This document shows, piece by piece, positions 44,001 to 55,034 of a stretch of 64,000 bases of DNA. The notes below the pieces were generated by a model. It ran no database searches. It had not been told where the DNA came from and worked only from the letters and a program-made list of their open reading frames with translations. The stretch lies in the NCBI GenBank assembly GCA_965644495.1, contig CBFFSA010000004.1, positions 992,001-1,056,000 of the forward strand. The letters are read 5' to 3'. Numbering within the stretch: the first letter of the stretch is position 1; every line of letters starts with the position of its first letter. Origin of the DNA: Perkinsela sp. CCAP 1560/9. Lineage: Eukaryota > Protista > Euglenozoa: Kinetoplastea. Made by a program: the position numbers and the translations under genes.

Positions 44001-44224
44001 AGCGAGGGAACGCAATGATGAGTTCCTCCGCCGTCCATGATTGGCGAGTGAACGGCGTTCGATAGCTACTCTTGGTCAGGAGGCATTGCCTGTGCGACGA
44101 CAATGCCGGGGCCTAGCGCACCCCACCATCCGAGCTTTCCTCCACCGTCATTATTACTATTATTATCATCATTCAACTAAAAAGGTTTATAGATTATAAT
44201 TATAATTATTAATGAGAGGGGGAG
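41093..44224. mobile_element. MITE (TA TSD) hosting the CRE LINE
   Basis: Perfect TIR ctccccctctcattaataattataa at both ends; TA at 41091-41092 and 44225-44226. Confidence 0.9.
41376..44174 (+). mobile_element. CRE/SLACS-clade non-LTR retrotransposon (RT plus restriction-like endonuclease), probably 5'-truncated, disrupted
   Basis: AAPGPSGW, RPIAVGE, LDINNAFN, GVKQGDP, YLDD, C.CG...H...C, RH, PDI, VDVTV, QRGNA. In-frame stops and frameshifts; (TAT)-rich tail; 7-bp TSD AACTAAA (41369-41375, 44175-44181). Confidence 0.9.
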
Positions 44225-44226
44225 TA

Positions 44227-45780
44227 TTTCGACGAATTTCTCCCATGCTGCGCCTGTAGCATAAACTTCGCCTGTTGGTAGAATGAGGAGCGCGCCCCAT
44301 CCATTCATGGAGGCGTCCGCATACAAAATTGCACGTCTATCATAATTTCTTGGTTGTAACGTATGTTTAAATCTAATGGTTTGGACTTGAAGTAACCATG
44401 TCGAGATTTGACAGTGCACGCACTGCGGCATTTTTGGTTCTTTTTGAGATGCGTGGCTTGCCGTCGTGTATACTTAATTGCCCAATAAAAGTGTGGCAAA
44501 AAAAAACAAATAGCTAATTAATATTGTTAGCTAGGGAGGTGGGGTGCGCTATGCCCCTACACCTTAGGTAATGCAATAAGGCGCCCCTTGACCCAAGAAA
44601 ACCATTCCAACTTTTTAGGGTGGATTAAAAAATCAACACGCTCCAAAGATTATCCTGAATGGCATCTACCCTAGTTACTTAGTACCTCGTTACGTTCGGT
44701 ACCGGGCGGTGCCATTCCGCGCTGTCAAAATGACAGCTACCCTAGTTATTTAGTGCCTTTTTTTGGCACGGGGTACTGTCATTTGAGGGGAGTATGGGGC
44801 GGGGCGGGGAGGGCGCAGCGGGGCAAATGGGGCGGCGAAGGGGACGGCGACGGGGGCGAAGAGGAGTGCAACGCGGCGGCCAATGGGCGGTGAAAGATGA
44901 CGGTGAGGAGGGCAGTGAAAGAGCGGCGGAGGGCGCAGCGCAGAGGGCGGCGGAGGGCGTAGCGCAGGGGGCGGCGGAGGGCGCAACGCAAGGGGCGTCG
45001 GAGGGGGCAATAGTAAGGAGTACAGGGGGGCGTCGGCGGGGGCAAAAGGCGGCGTCCGCGGCGGCAAAATGGGCGGCTAAAGAGGGGTTCTTCGTCCGGT
45101 AGGGGTGACGGGGCACATGTGGGAAATAGGTTTAGAAAATAAACAACAAGATACAGTACTCGCATAAATTAATCATGCGATAGTGGTTTCAAGCACGTGG
45201 AAAGAGATTTTTTATTGGAATCTTGTTTAGAAATTTTTCAGTAAGATTATACGTGCGCTGTGCATGGTTGTATTCAATGTCCAGGAATTCGTATGTTGTT
45301 CCGTTCGACGAATCAGTGAGTTTGAAAGTCATTTTCAAAAACTGGGAACGATTTTCATTCTTATTTGTCATACGCTTATAAAGTTTAGTGGACGGTAGGG
45401 ATAAATATTTGATGAAAAATTGATTTTTTTCAAAAAAGATTCAAATACTGTACCCCCCCCTACTTATCTGTCACTATTTTTCGCGGAAAGATGACAGATA
45501 ACTAGGGAGGTAGGGGTGTGACAGATAACTTGGCTGATCAGTGTGCGACAGATAACTAAGGGGGTTCTGTCACAAAAAAAAAGTCAGAACATGGAAAAAA
45601 AAGTCACTGACCAGTCCCAAGTAGTCGTTAGGGGCGTTCAAACGCCCACAAGAGCGTCTCCTTACGCTGCCATATTGTACTGTCCACCAGAATGTTACCT
45701 TTCTGGGTGATCTACCGATGGGAAATGTTTCGATAGAGTGAATTGGTATGCCATGTTACTAAAGAAATTAATAAAATTAT
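44227..45780 (-). mobile_element. VIPER-like RT/RNase H remnant, copy B
   Basis: RAILYADASMNGWGALLILPTGEV...GAAW RNase H; PHFYWAIKYTRRQ; YEFLDIEYNH. Confidence 0.75.
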
Positions 45781-46233
45781 GCGCTCAGAGACGCTGAACA
45801 TGACTTCAAACGTTCGAAAAATCTTTGTGAGCAATTTCGAAAAAAAATTATTTTTCGTTAAATATTTGTCCCTACCTTCGGCCCATCATTCTGAGGTATA
45901 AATGTAAAAGCAGCGGCAAGTGTGTCTCGAAGGATACGGAGCATATGGGCATCCAAAACGTTACCGTCTACGGCGGTTATACCCCGAGGGGCACGGAGAC
46001 TATGAGCCTCGCTGCACAGAGAATGGTGTACTCCCAGGCGGGGACCAAGCGAATTTGTGCATGATAATTTGATGGATCTTAAAAGATCGCACATAGATCT
46101 CGACAGAAAACTTTTCAGTTATTTAAAAGAATCATTTTTCGAAGAAAGAGATTTAGAGAATCGAAATAAAATCACTTTTCTGGTCACTAAATGTACGTTG
46201 CTAAATGATTCAAAATAGATTGACCTACATGTA
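44290..46233 (+). repeat. segmental duplicate of about 32080-34748 (without the 32152-32877 MITE)
   Basis: Near-identical sequence and identical spurious ORFs at an offset of about 11484. Confidence 0.95.
44501..45116 (-). mobile_element. SINE-like element S1, copy B
   Basis: Matches 33017-33632 within the duplicated block. Confidence 0.7.
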
Positions 46234-47122
46234 CACTGAGTTGCGCATTTTCGGAACTGAGTGGGAACAGTATGCAAATTAAACGCCATCGATTGCGCGA
46301 CCTCCTTTACTTATTTAAGTATAAGTACAAAAGAAAGAAAAACACTCTGAATCTGACCCCTGCAAAGAAGGAAGCCCGGGTGCTGTTTTGTCAGGCTTTG
46401 TTGAAAGAGCAACAACTCACAGGAGGACTCTTTTTAAAGAAACTCCTTATAACTGATGAAACGTATGTACATGCCGGGGACGGTACTCGAAAAGCTTGGC
46501 AAAGTGATGAAGATGTTGTTTCTCGATCGCGGGTACATCATCCCACTAAAGTCATGCTCTGGGGTGGCATAGACATTCAAGGTAATATCCTTTGGCATTG
46601 GTGTAACAACTTTACAGAGTTTTACGCACACGAGGCCACACGCTCTTTGTATCCCGGTGAAAGTCGTGAGATCCCCCCTCCTGGTCGCAAATTAGGAAAA
46701 TATTACTACCGAAAGGAAATCTTGATGAAACAGTGGATTCCTTACCATGCATCTCACCTTAACATGATTTTTCAGGATGACGGAGCACCGCCACATACGG
46801 CGAAGAAGACAATGATGTGGTGGGGGACGAGGGATGAAATAGGTACTCAAAGTCTGCGCACCTACAAAAGTTCCGATGGAGCTATTCTCCCGAAATGGCC
46901 GGCGGATTCTCCTGACCTTTCTCCTATTTAATACAGGAGAAGAATAAAAAGTGTCCGAATACGCAATCCGAGATTATCCAGGTATCTGAAGAATTTTTGA
47001 GGAGTCCAAAAGCTCGTGAGCTGGCTCAAACAGTAGTTGACTCCTTTGAAAGAAGGCTGCAAGAGTGTGTAGCAAATGGTGGAAATCGGGTGAATTATTA
47101 ACTTTTTAACATTAGCACAGTG
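46234..47122 (+). mobile_element. IS630/Tc1/mariner transposon, defective
   Basis: ITDET, KVMLWGGI, FQDDGAPPH, WPADSPDLSPI then stop; short imperfect termini cactgag / cacagtg with TA on both sides. Confidence 0.85.
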
Positions 47123-47673
47123 TATGGGCATTATGTGGGAGGGGAAAAGGATACAATCCCTTTTGGTATTTTCTTCGTGAGATAAATAGATAGATTATAG
47201 TATCTACTTTTGTATGATAGTAAGATCCGTATTTAAGAAAGATTTATTTATTTTTATAATCAAATTTTTAAATTTCACTGATGCCGGACACACTCAGCAT
47301 GGGAAAGAATGGTCGGGAGCTCCTTGTGGCCTTCTCTGGAACAGTCATCTTTCAGATGGTACTGGCGCTGACCGTCTCATCTTAATAGATTGTAGAAGTT
47401 GTAGAAATATGCTCCTCTTCTGACTCATCCTTTCCGTCTTCTCCAACAAAAGTTTCCGTCAAAATTGACTTTTTAGGTCGACAGAAGGTTCCACAAGTTC
47501 AGTCAAAATAAACTTTTTAGGTCGACACAAGATTCCACAATGCGATATTTCAGTTGCTTGCAATATTTTTCCTCGGGAGCCCCTGCCGAGATCTCTTCAA
47601 AACAGACATTATTTCCCCTTTAGCGCACCTCATACGTCCAGGAAAACTGTAACAATATGGCATGAACGGGGGT

Positions 47674-47854
47674 GTATTGGACCAAGCTAATTTGTGCATG
47701 ATAATTTGATGGATCTTAAAAGATCGCACATAGATCTCGAATGAAAACTTTTAAGTGATTTAAAATAATCATTTTTCGAAGAGTTTGATTCGAAATAAAA
47801 TCACTTTTCTGGTCACTAAATGTACGTTGCTAAATGATTCAAAATAGATTGACC
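47674..47854. repeat. R1 repeat (short form), upstream of EF-1alpha copy 2
   Basis: Matches the 3' part of R1. Confidence 0.8.
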
Positions 47855-48068
47855 TACATGTAGATCTCTATGGATTAGTTTTATTACTTCTCAATGCAGG
47901 TATAGATATTACGTCACTTATCCTCATCATTTAAAGAAAACAAATAAATCATCTAGCAGGCTAAGGGACGGTACGCGCGATACCTTTCGTAGTCCTATTA
48001 CAACACGCTTTACCATTGTTAGCTTCAAATTCAAAGAACCTGCTTACATAGATACTTTCTTTTACAAA

Positions 48069-49421
48069 ATGGGTAAAGAAAAGATTCACATTAACCTGGT
48101 TGTCATCGGTCACGTCGACGCAGGAAAGTCTACTGCCACAGGCCACCTCATCTACAAATGCGGCGGTATCGACAAGCGAACGATTGAGAAGTTTGAAAAA
48201 GAAGCAGCAGAAATGGGTAAAGCATCATTTAAGTACGCCTGGGTTCTGGACAAGCTTAAGGCGGAACGCGAACGTGGTATTACGATCGATATTGCTTTGT
48301 GGAAATTCGAATCCCCGAAATGCGTTTTCACGATCATCGACGCCCCTGGACATCGTGACTTCATTAAAAACATGATTACGGGAACTTCCCAGGCCGATGC
48401 CGCTATTCTCGTCATCGCTTCCGGTACGGGTGAGTTCGAAGCTGGCATCAGCGGTGATGGTCAAACACGCGAGCACGCCCTCCTCGCATTCACGCTGGGT
48501 GTAAAGCAAATGATTGTAGCTGTGAACAAGATGGATGACAAGTCAGTGAACTACTCCCAGAGCCGCTTTGATGAGATCAAGAAGGAAGTATCCATGTACC
48601 TCAAGAAAGTTGGATACAACGTGGATAAGGTACAGTTCGTGCCTATTTCCGGGTGGATGGGCGACAACATGATTGAACAGTCCGCCAACATGTCGTGGTA
48701 CAAAGGGCCAACTTTACTTCAAGCGCTCGACAACCTTGACGCCCCGGTCCGTCCCGTCGACAAACCCCTGCGTCTCCCTCTTCAGGACGTGTACAAGATC
48801 GGCGGCATTGGTACGGTGCCGGTAGGCCGTGTGGAGACGGGTGTGCTACGCCCAGGTGACGTTGTCACGTTTGCTCCGACGAACCTGACCACGGAGGTGA
48901 AGTCCATTGAAATGCACCACGAGGCGCTTCCGGAGGCTACCCCAGGCATGAACATTGGGTTCAACGTGAAAAATGTATCTGTAAAGGATATTCGCCGAGG
49001 ATACGTGTGCGGTAACTCTAAACAGGACCCACCGAAGGAATGCGAGTCGTTTGTTGCCCAGGTCATTGTGCTCAATCACCCGGGTCAGATCTCCCAAGGC
49101 TATGCTCCCGTGCTGGACTGCCACACGGCTCACATTGCGTGCAAGTTCTCCGAATTGGAGTCCAAGATCGATCGCCGCTCGGGTAAGGAGCTAGAAAAGA
49201 ATCCGAAGAGCGTGAAGAACGGTGACGCGGCTATGGTCCGAATGACACCGCAGAAGCCGATGTGCGTGGAGACGTTCACGGAGTACCCACCCCTCGGCCG
49301 TTTCGCTGTCCGGGATATGCGACAAACGGTGGCAGTGGGTGTGATCAAGCAGGTTCAGAAGAAAGAGCCCTCTGGCGGAAAGGTGACAAAGGCGGCGCAG
49401 AAGGCGCAAGGAAAGAAGTAA
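48069..49421 (+). CDS. EEF1A: elongation factor 1-alpha, copy 2
   Basis: Intact 450-aa ORF; differs from copy 1 by PMCVE versus PMSVE. Confidence 0.99.
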   Translation: MGKEKIHINLVVIGHVDAGKSTATGHLIYKCGGIDKRTIEKFEKEAAEMGKASFKYAWVLDKLKAERERGITIDIALWKFESPKCVFTIIDAPGHRDFIKNMITGTSQADAAILVIASGTGEFEAGISGDGQTREHALLAFTLGVKQMIVAVNKMDDKSVNYSQSRFDEIKKEVSMYLKKVGYNVDKVQFVPISGWMGDNMIEQSANMSWYKGPTLLQALDNLDAPVRPVDKPLRLPLQDVYKIGGIGTVPVGRVETGVLRPGDVVTFAPTNLTTEVKSIEMHHEALPEATPGMNIGFNVKNVSVKDIRRGYVCGNSKQDPPKECESFVAQVIVLNHPGQISQGYAPVLDCHTAHIACKFSELESKIDRRSGKELEKNPKSVKNGDAAMVRMTPQKPMCVETFTEYPPLGRFAVRDMRQTVAVGVIKQVQKKEPSGGKVTKAAQKAQGKK

Positions 49422-49762
49422 GTCTTTTTCGTGTCTTGTGTTAGTGGTAATATGGGCGAAGAAGCACGTTATTATTTGCAAGATTAGTTTTGTGATAGTT
49501 GTAGAATCAAGAGACATTGAAAAGTTATTTCTGAAAGAAGCCAAACTTTTTATTCCATTTTTTGTCAAGGAAATGAAGTACGCATTACAAAAGAATATCA
49601 CTTAGATGATTGCTTATTTTTGACATGTCAGAATTATAACTTGAAATACTTTTTAGGCCGAAATTCTTTCTCTTATAATTCGCGTAGTACGACTATCAAA
49701 GGTGTTAAATATGCGAGAAAATATCCTTACTGCATATTTTATTGTTTTATTTTCTTATTTCA

Positions 49763-50352
49763 ATGTTTATCTTGGCGGCCGATAGTGGATCCTACCAAGG
49801 ATCCAACAAAGTAAGCGGTACTCGGCTTCCTCCTGTATACGATCTAGTTCGTTTCACGGCGAATGTGACAGGTCTACTACCACATTGGAATGAAAGTACC
49901 CCCATCGAGGAGTAGTCGGCATACATTGCAACGAAAAAGGAGAAATTGTGAACATTATCTGGTCGGGCCACGGACTTGCAGGTACCCCATCATGGGAGTA
50001 CCTCCCGGACACACTTATTTCATTGGATTTAGGACCTTTTTGTGAAATGGTAAGGATTCTGAATAATCTGGACGGGCGAGTGCCGTTTCGGTCTCTTCCG
50101 TCAAAACTTGAAGATTTAGCTCTTCGTGAAAATATGTTTTCAGGTTCTGTAGAGTTGTGTTTCTTGCCAAAGCAGTTGCGCTGCATGGATCTTGGCTTTA
50201 ACAATTTCGAAGGTGAAGTTATCTTCACACACTTACCTTCCTCTATGACCGTTTTGGATGTTGAAGGGAACGTGCAACTTAGAGGACGACTAGATGGTAT
50301 GTCGCATAAATGTACTATTCGATTTTTGCAAACTCTTATTTCGAAGGCATAG
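49763..50352 (+). pseudogene. LRR protein pseudogene
   Basis: Copy of 36647-37237 with gagtgggtc changed to gagtagtc (stop plus frameshift) near 49912. Confidence 0.85.
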
Positions 50353-50793
50353 TTTTCGTGTTTTGTCGTCGCGGATGCGCACCTCTTCTGTGGATGGCAC
50401 AGTATGACACGAGACTATTTTTGAGATTATGATTTATCATTATCAAAATTAGTCAGAGGGGGAGTAGTAACCGGAGGATTTGGGAACCAATAATACGAAT
50501 TGAAAAGAAACCACCTTTACACACCCACACGAAACCCACACCACACCCACAACCATGCGAATTATACGAATTGAAAGTGACGACGAAACAGTTGAGCGAT
50601 GAATAACCAAACGAGTACTCAAGAGAAAGTGCAAAACTCATCAATGAATTCTGCAAAGAGAGAGAAGCCGGGGCCCAAACTAAAAAAGGTGCCCAGAATT
50701 GTGATATTTACATGTATATTGATAAATGCTGATTACCATTTACATTGCACCTTTAAAGCCAGAGTGGAGGGACAATGTATCGTCAAAAATTCT

Positions 50794-53700
50794 TCATGAG
50801 CCTTCGCTTTTAAAATTCTTCATAAGCCTTCGCTCTTCGTCTCTCAGTTGAGCCCATGGAACCCGACCTGCCCCCCTACGATTCCCAGTGCGCCACTGAA
50901 TATTTACATTTGCCATGACGACACAATGCGTCGTAGGAATAGGTGCCTTAAGAACCTCGTGGGCACAAACGCTGGAGGAGAACCGATCACCCACTAAAAT
51001 ATCGTCCAATTGTCTTTTTACGCGGTTTATAACTTTCCCGTTTATAACTTCATTCGTCTTTCATGTTTTATTTTTCCCTTCAACTGATCTGTTAACTTTT
51101 TGGCTTTCTTTTCCTCTGCAAGGTAGCTCGCACGTCCATTTTCGCCGACTGGGACAGACATACCTTGGTGGTTCATGAACCAATGAACCACTTCATGAAC
51201 CACTGTTTTCATGAAATGGTTCATGAACCAGTACTAACGAGGGTGCTAACAGGAGTGATCAAGGGTTGATGGTACGGCACGGTGACAAGGGGTGAAGAGA
51301 AGGGGTGATAACAAGGAGCTCTTACTACTGCTACTAGCATATCATGGTAACGGAATGTAATAAAATATAATACATACTAACTTAAATATATTTTAGATTA
51401 TATTTACATGTACATGTAATGCATAAGTTTATACACATATTGTATACATATTTAGTCACTAGCCCTCGATCCTGTATATTACATGTTCGCCACACTAGGG
51501 TAAACCACAGAAACCCTTAGATAAGATTGGAGGATAATTAAGAAAACAGAGCTGTGGATGTGTGCTCTAAAAATGTTTTACAGGGTTGCTAAACCCTTTC
51601 AACACACGTCGCAATGGCGACGTTGTTCTCGTCAGAAAAGAGATTTAGGGAAGTACGCAGAGGTTCCATGCGCTTTAAAAAAGCCTTCCCCTCAGACATG
51701 ATTGCGTCAACTGCGCCAGGAACTTTGAGAATGTCATAGCATGAACATATGGACGCAGGAGGAATGCGTGTAGGTTTGCTAACTATGTGGGTTACAAATT
51801 TACCATTGTTGGCAATTCTGTTGATATATACTCAATACACGTGAATTTATCCGCTATCCAGCGCGTGACGCCACCAAGTTTAGGTGTCGTACGTACGCGT
51901 TCACGCTTAGCTTCCTCAAGTTCCATTCGCAAACTCGGAAGCGCTTTACAAAGCGTATCATGCTTTTCTTCCATGCTGGAATTTATCGAAAGTTCATCTT
52001 GCAATTTTTGTGCCATGGGGATAACTCTGGAGAAGTTAGGGCATTCCGCAAGGTCGCGAGTGCTTGTTCCTTTGAAGCCTCATCCAATTGCTTTGATCCA
52101 AGCATTCCATACCACTGGAACAAGGTTTCTTCGGCGGACTGCGAAGTTTCGTCAAACTCAGTAAGTCGAACTTCAAGAGCAACACCAGCATACTCCGCTC
52201 GTCGAGTTCCTTGGCCATGAAATGCTTGAGTGTAGTACTTTCGTAGCTGGAAAAGAGGAGTATCTTCATAATCCTTGGATGCGTCTTTCGCAACGTTGTT
52301 GAGAAGATGCCCAATGCACGGAATTAGGACAATGTGGGGATGTGAAGCCTGGAAATTTGTCACAAAGTCATTCCAATCCGCATCTCCAAGAGGAACAATG
52401 CTCTCAAATACTTTTAGCAATACACCACTCGCTTCATTCCTAGCTACATGGTTCACTGCGCATCCATCGACTATGAGATACGCCAGTTTGGATAGACGAG
52501 CTCCTTCCAAACAGTGTTGCAATTCACGTATAACAATTTCGGCGGTATCCTTACCACTGAAAGCGCCATACTTCGGGTGATACATCGGTGGCATTAGCCA
52601 TTGATGATGTCCCACATAGAGAACCGCTACAAGAACATGTTCGCGGAGTACAGGGTCGATGCCTGCATCAATTGCTAGACCAAAAAATGCATACTCGTCA
52701 ACAGTACGTCTAATTGGTCCCCAGAGTCGTTCCGCTAGGTATTGCATGTCTGCTTTGAGCACACGGGCGTCTTTCGGAAGAACTTGAATAGCTGTCTCGG
52801 TGGACATAAGGGGTCGGTGCTGCTCATGTGTTTTGATAAATTTCAAGAACGAAGATACGGGGAAGGAAGTAGTTGAGAAAGGCAGAGGAAGTACCACATG
52901 TGCAAATCTTTCCGGTGTCCCCGAATTAGTGTCCACGGTCCCAATGTTATTCTCGAGAAGAGCAGGTGGTGTTGGACGACACCACTTTTGATGATTGCTC
53001 AAAGGGGACTGGACTTTTGTGTGCGTTACAATTTTGCATGTTTTACACTGCAGGTGCACATGCTGGTTCATGCTGTCTCGGGGGGTGTTCTCACAAGTTT
53101 CATTTTTCCGAAGCCAGTTGGCACATTCGGTATTGGATGTTTTACATAGCACAATATCCCATTGTGCTATGACACTAGGACTCGACAGGAGGCTAATCGC
53201 TTTGCGCACCCGGATTGGAGTGCGCGAGTCCTGCGTGTTACGAGCTTTTGCATGGGCTTGAGCTTGTGTGGGGGAGCTTCTTAAGGCTTCTTCCAACACG
53301 ACCGTAGCATCGCGTCTCGCCTTTCGCGATGTTAGATCTGGAGGAATGGTGTTCGCTGATGAAATCTCATTTGGCGCAGTGTTGGAGTTGTTTTCAGAAG
53401 GCTGATTTGGATCAACGTCCTCAGTTGTTCGACGTTTCGATGTACGTGCCTTTGATTTATGTGCCATAGGAATATGTATCACGTAAATGGGGGCGAAATG
53501 TACGTACAGCGTGTAGCAAGGCACACATAATCCCTCACACTCCTATATAAGTATATCAAATATTGAAGAAAACCAAAACAGATTCCAAAAAAAGTCATAT
53601 TTTTCAAGCCATAAAAAGTGCTTATTTTGTTAAGTTCGAAAAAAAAGCTTACTTTTGAGAAATGACCCCATCTTTGGCACAAGCTCGCCGATATCTCTCC

Positions 53701-54931
53701 AATGCTATAAAAATAAACAAGAACGCACAAAAATGACACATTTTAGAGAAAGGACACGGTATGTTGAAAACCACTGTACAAAGGTTTGATGCTGGTTCAT
53801 GGTTCATGAACCAGTTTCATTGGTTCATGAACCACCAAGGTATGGACAGAGTGAATGAGCAGATTTACACCCTATGAAACTCATCAGTCCTTTTAATTGA
53901 GATATAGCCGCGGGGTCCATCATTTTATTCGTAGTTAGAGTAATTGATGCATTGAAGTCCCCTACAACCAGTAAAGGGCGCTGTTTTGCTTTCGCTTCAC
54001 CTCCTTGACACGATCGAACCACGTCACCAAGAAACGCCGCATGTGATGCTTCAGAGGAGTCTCGCGTAGGAGCATAGACATTTACCAAGCTGCCTTTTCC
54101 CTCTTCCAGCTGGTATTCAGCACCCATAACCCTCCCACTTATTTTCCACACCTTCGCGAGCGCCCGTAAACTAATAATGCCCATTCCGTTGTAAGAATCT
54201 TGACCTGTGGCAGACTGCAGATAAATGTGAAAACAGTGCCCTAGGCTGCCAACCTGCCTGTAGAGTGAGCCATCCTCGAGGCCGTCCTCAGAAAATTTAA
54301 ACCTCGTCTCCTGAAGGCACAAGATATCGATCCCTTTTTCTATCATAAAGGAGAGAACCTGGCAAAGCCGTGAACAGCAAAGAATAGAAAATTCATCACC
54401 CCCCTCAAGTTTTAAGCTCGTCACGTTTAGAGTGCCAACCGTAGTACTCTTCTTCACAGCGGAACATTGAATGTTCACCGATTCGCGTTGGGCATGCATG
54501 CCACGCAATGCCCGAGGTTTAGCACGGTGACACACGATCTTTCGGACCACTTTAGCAGGGTTACTGACTTGAACTGCACAGAGAACTACACCTGTAGAAG
54601 GATAGGGGGGGAAAGGAAGGGTTGTGTTCGTACGCTCCTCGTACCGAACGCGAAGCACACAAGACCACGATTCGTTCCTGAACAATGACACGTGCACCTC
54701 TTCAACTCTCCCCGTCCAAAGATAAAATCTCGAACAAGTTTCATATCTCCACACAACCCGAAGCACAGCCCCAACCTTGGCAATCTTACAAATCGCACGC
54801 ACCGCCCTCTGGCGAAGTTTCGCAAGTCCCTCCCGTACTGGCGGACGAAAGATGACTCCCCGAACACGCTTGGTTCGGTAAAGGATTTCAACGGCCTCTG
54901 TCCCCTTCACCGCGCCGGAAGCATTCGCCAT
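50794..54931 (-). mobile_element. APE-endonuclease non-LTR retrotransposon 5' remnant, split by a hAT insertion
   Basis: VGTLNV, DILCLQETR, LVNVYAPT, VVGDFNA. After removing the hAT the frame continues RKWT...QLDDILV...SSV...TH.VV.A (one stop). Confidence 0.85.
51159..53844 (-). mobile_element. hAT-superfamily DNA transposon, frameshifted
   Basis: 29-bp perfect TIR cataccttggtggttcatgaaccaatgaa; TSD GACAGA. ORF 51983-53524 has a BED-like CKTC...H...C, LAID, IVDG..VN and CIGHLLN; TRW lies in a shifted frame. Confidence 0.9.
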
Positions 54932-54945
54932 CTTTTTATAAAAGA

Positions 54946-55034
54946 TTTATAAAAAGTATGTTCTTTATAAAAAGTGTGTTCTTTATTAAAAGTCTGTTCT
55001 TTATAAAAAGTGTGTTCTTTATAAAAAGTGTGTT
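54946..55034. repeat. tandem array, 5 x 18 bp (tttataaaaagtgtgttc)
   Basis: Read directly from the sequence; lies at the Merlin/APE junction. Confidence 0.9.

Noticed and set aside
44108-44124. tRNA-like start GGGGC.TAGCGCA
   Set aside because: It closes at once as a hairpin with CCCC; there is no D, anticodon or T arm.
44175-44215. Spliced-leader RNA gene starting AACTAA
   Set aside because: The conserved CAGTTTCTGTA...TTG-GT does not follow; the sequence is MITE interior.
54946-55034. CRISPR-like array
   Set aside because: Head-to-tail repeats without spacers, no cas genes, eukaryotic context.
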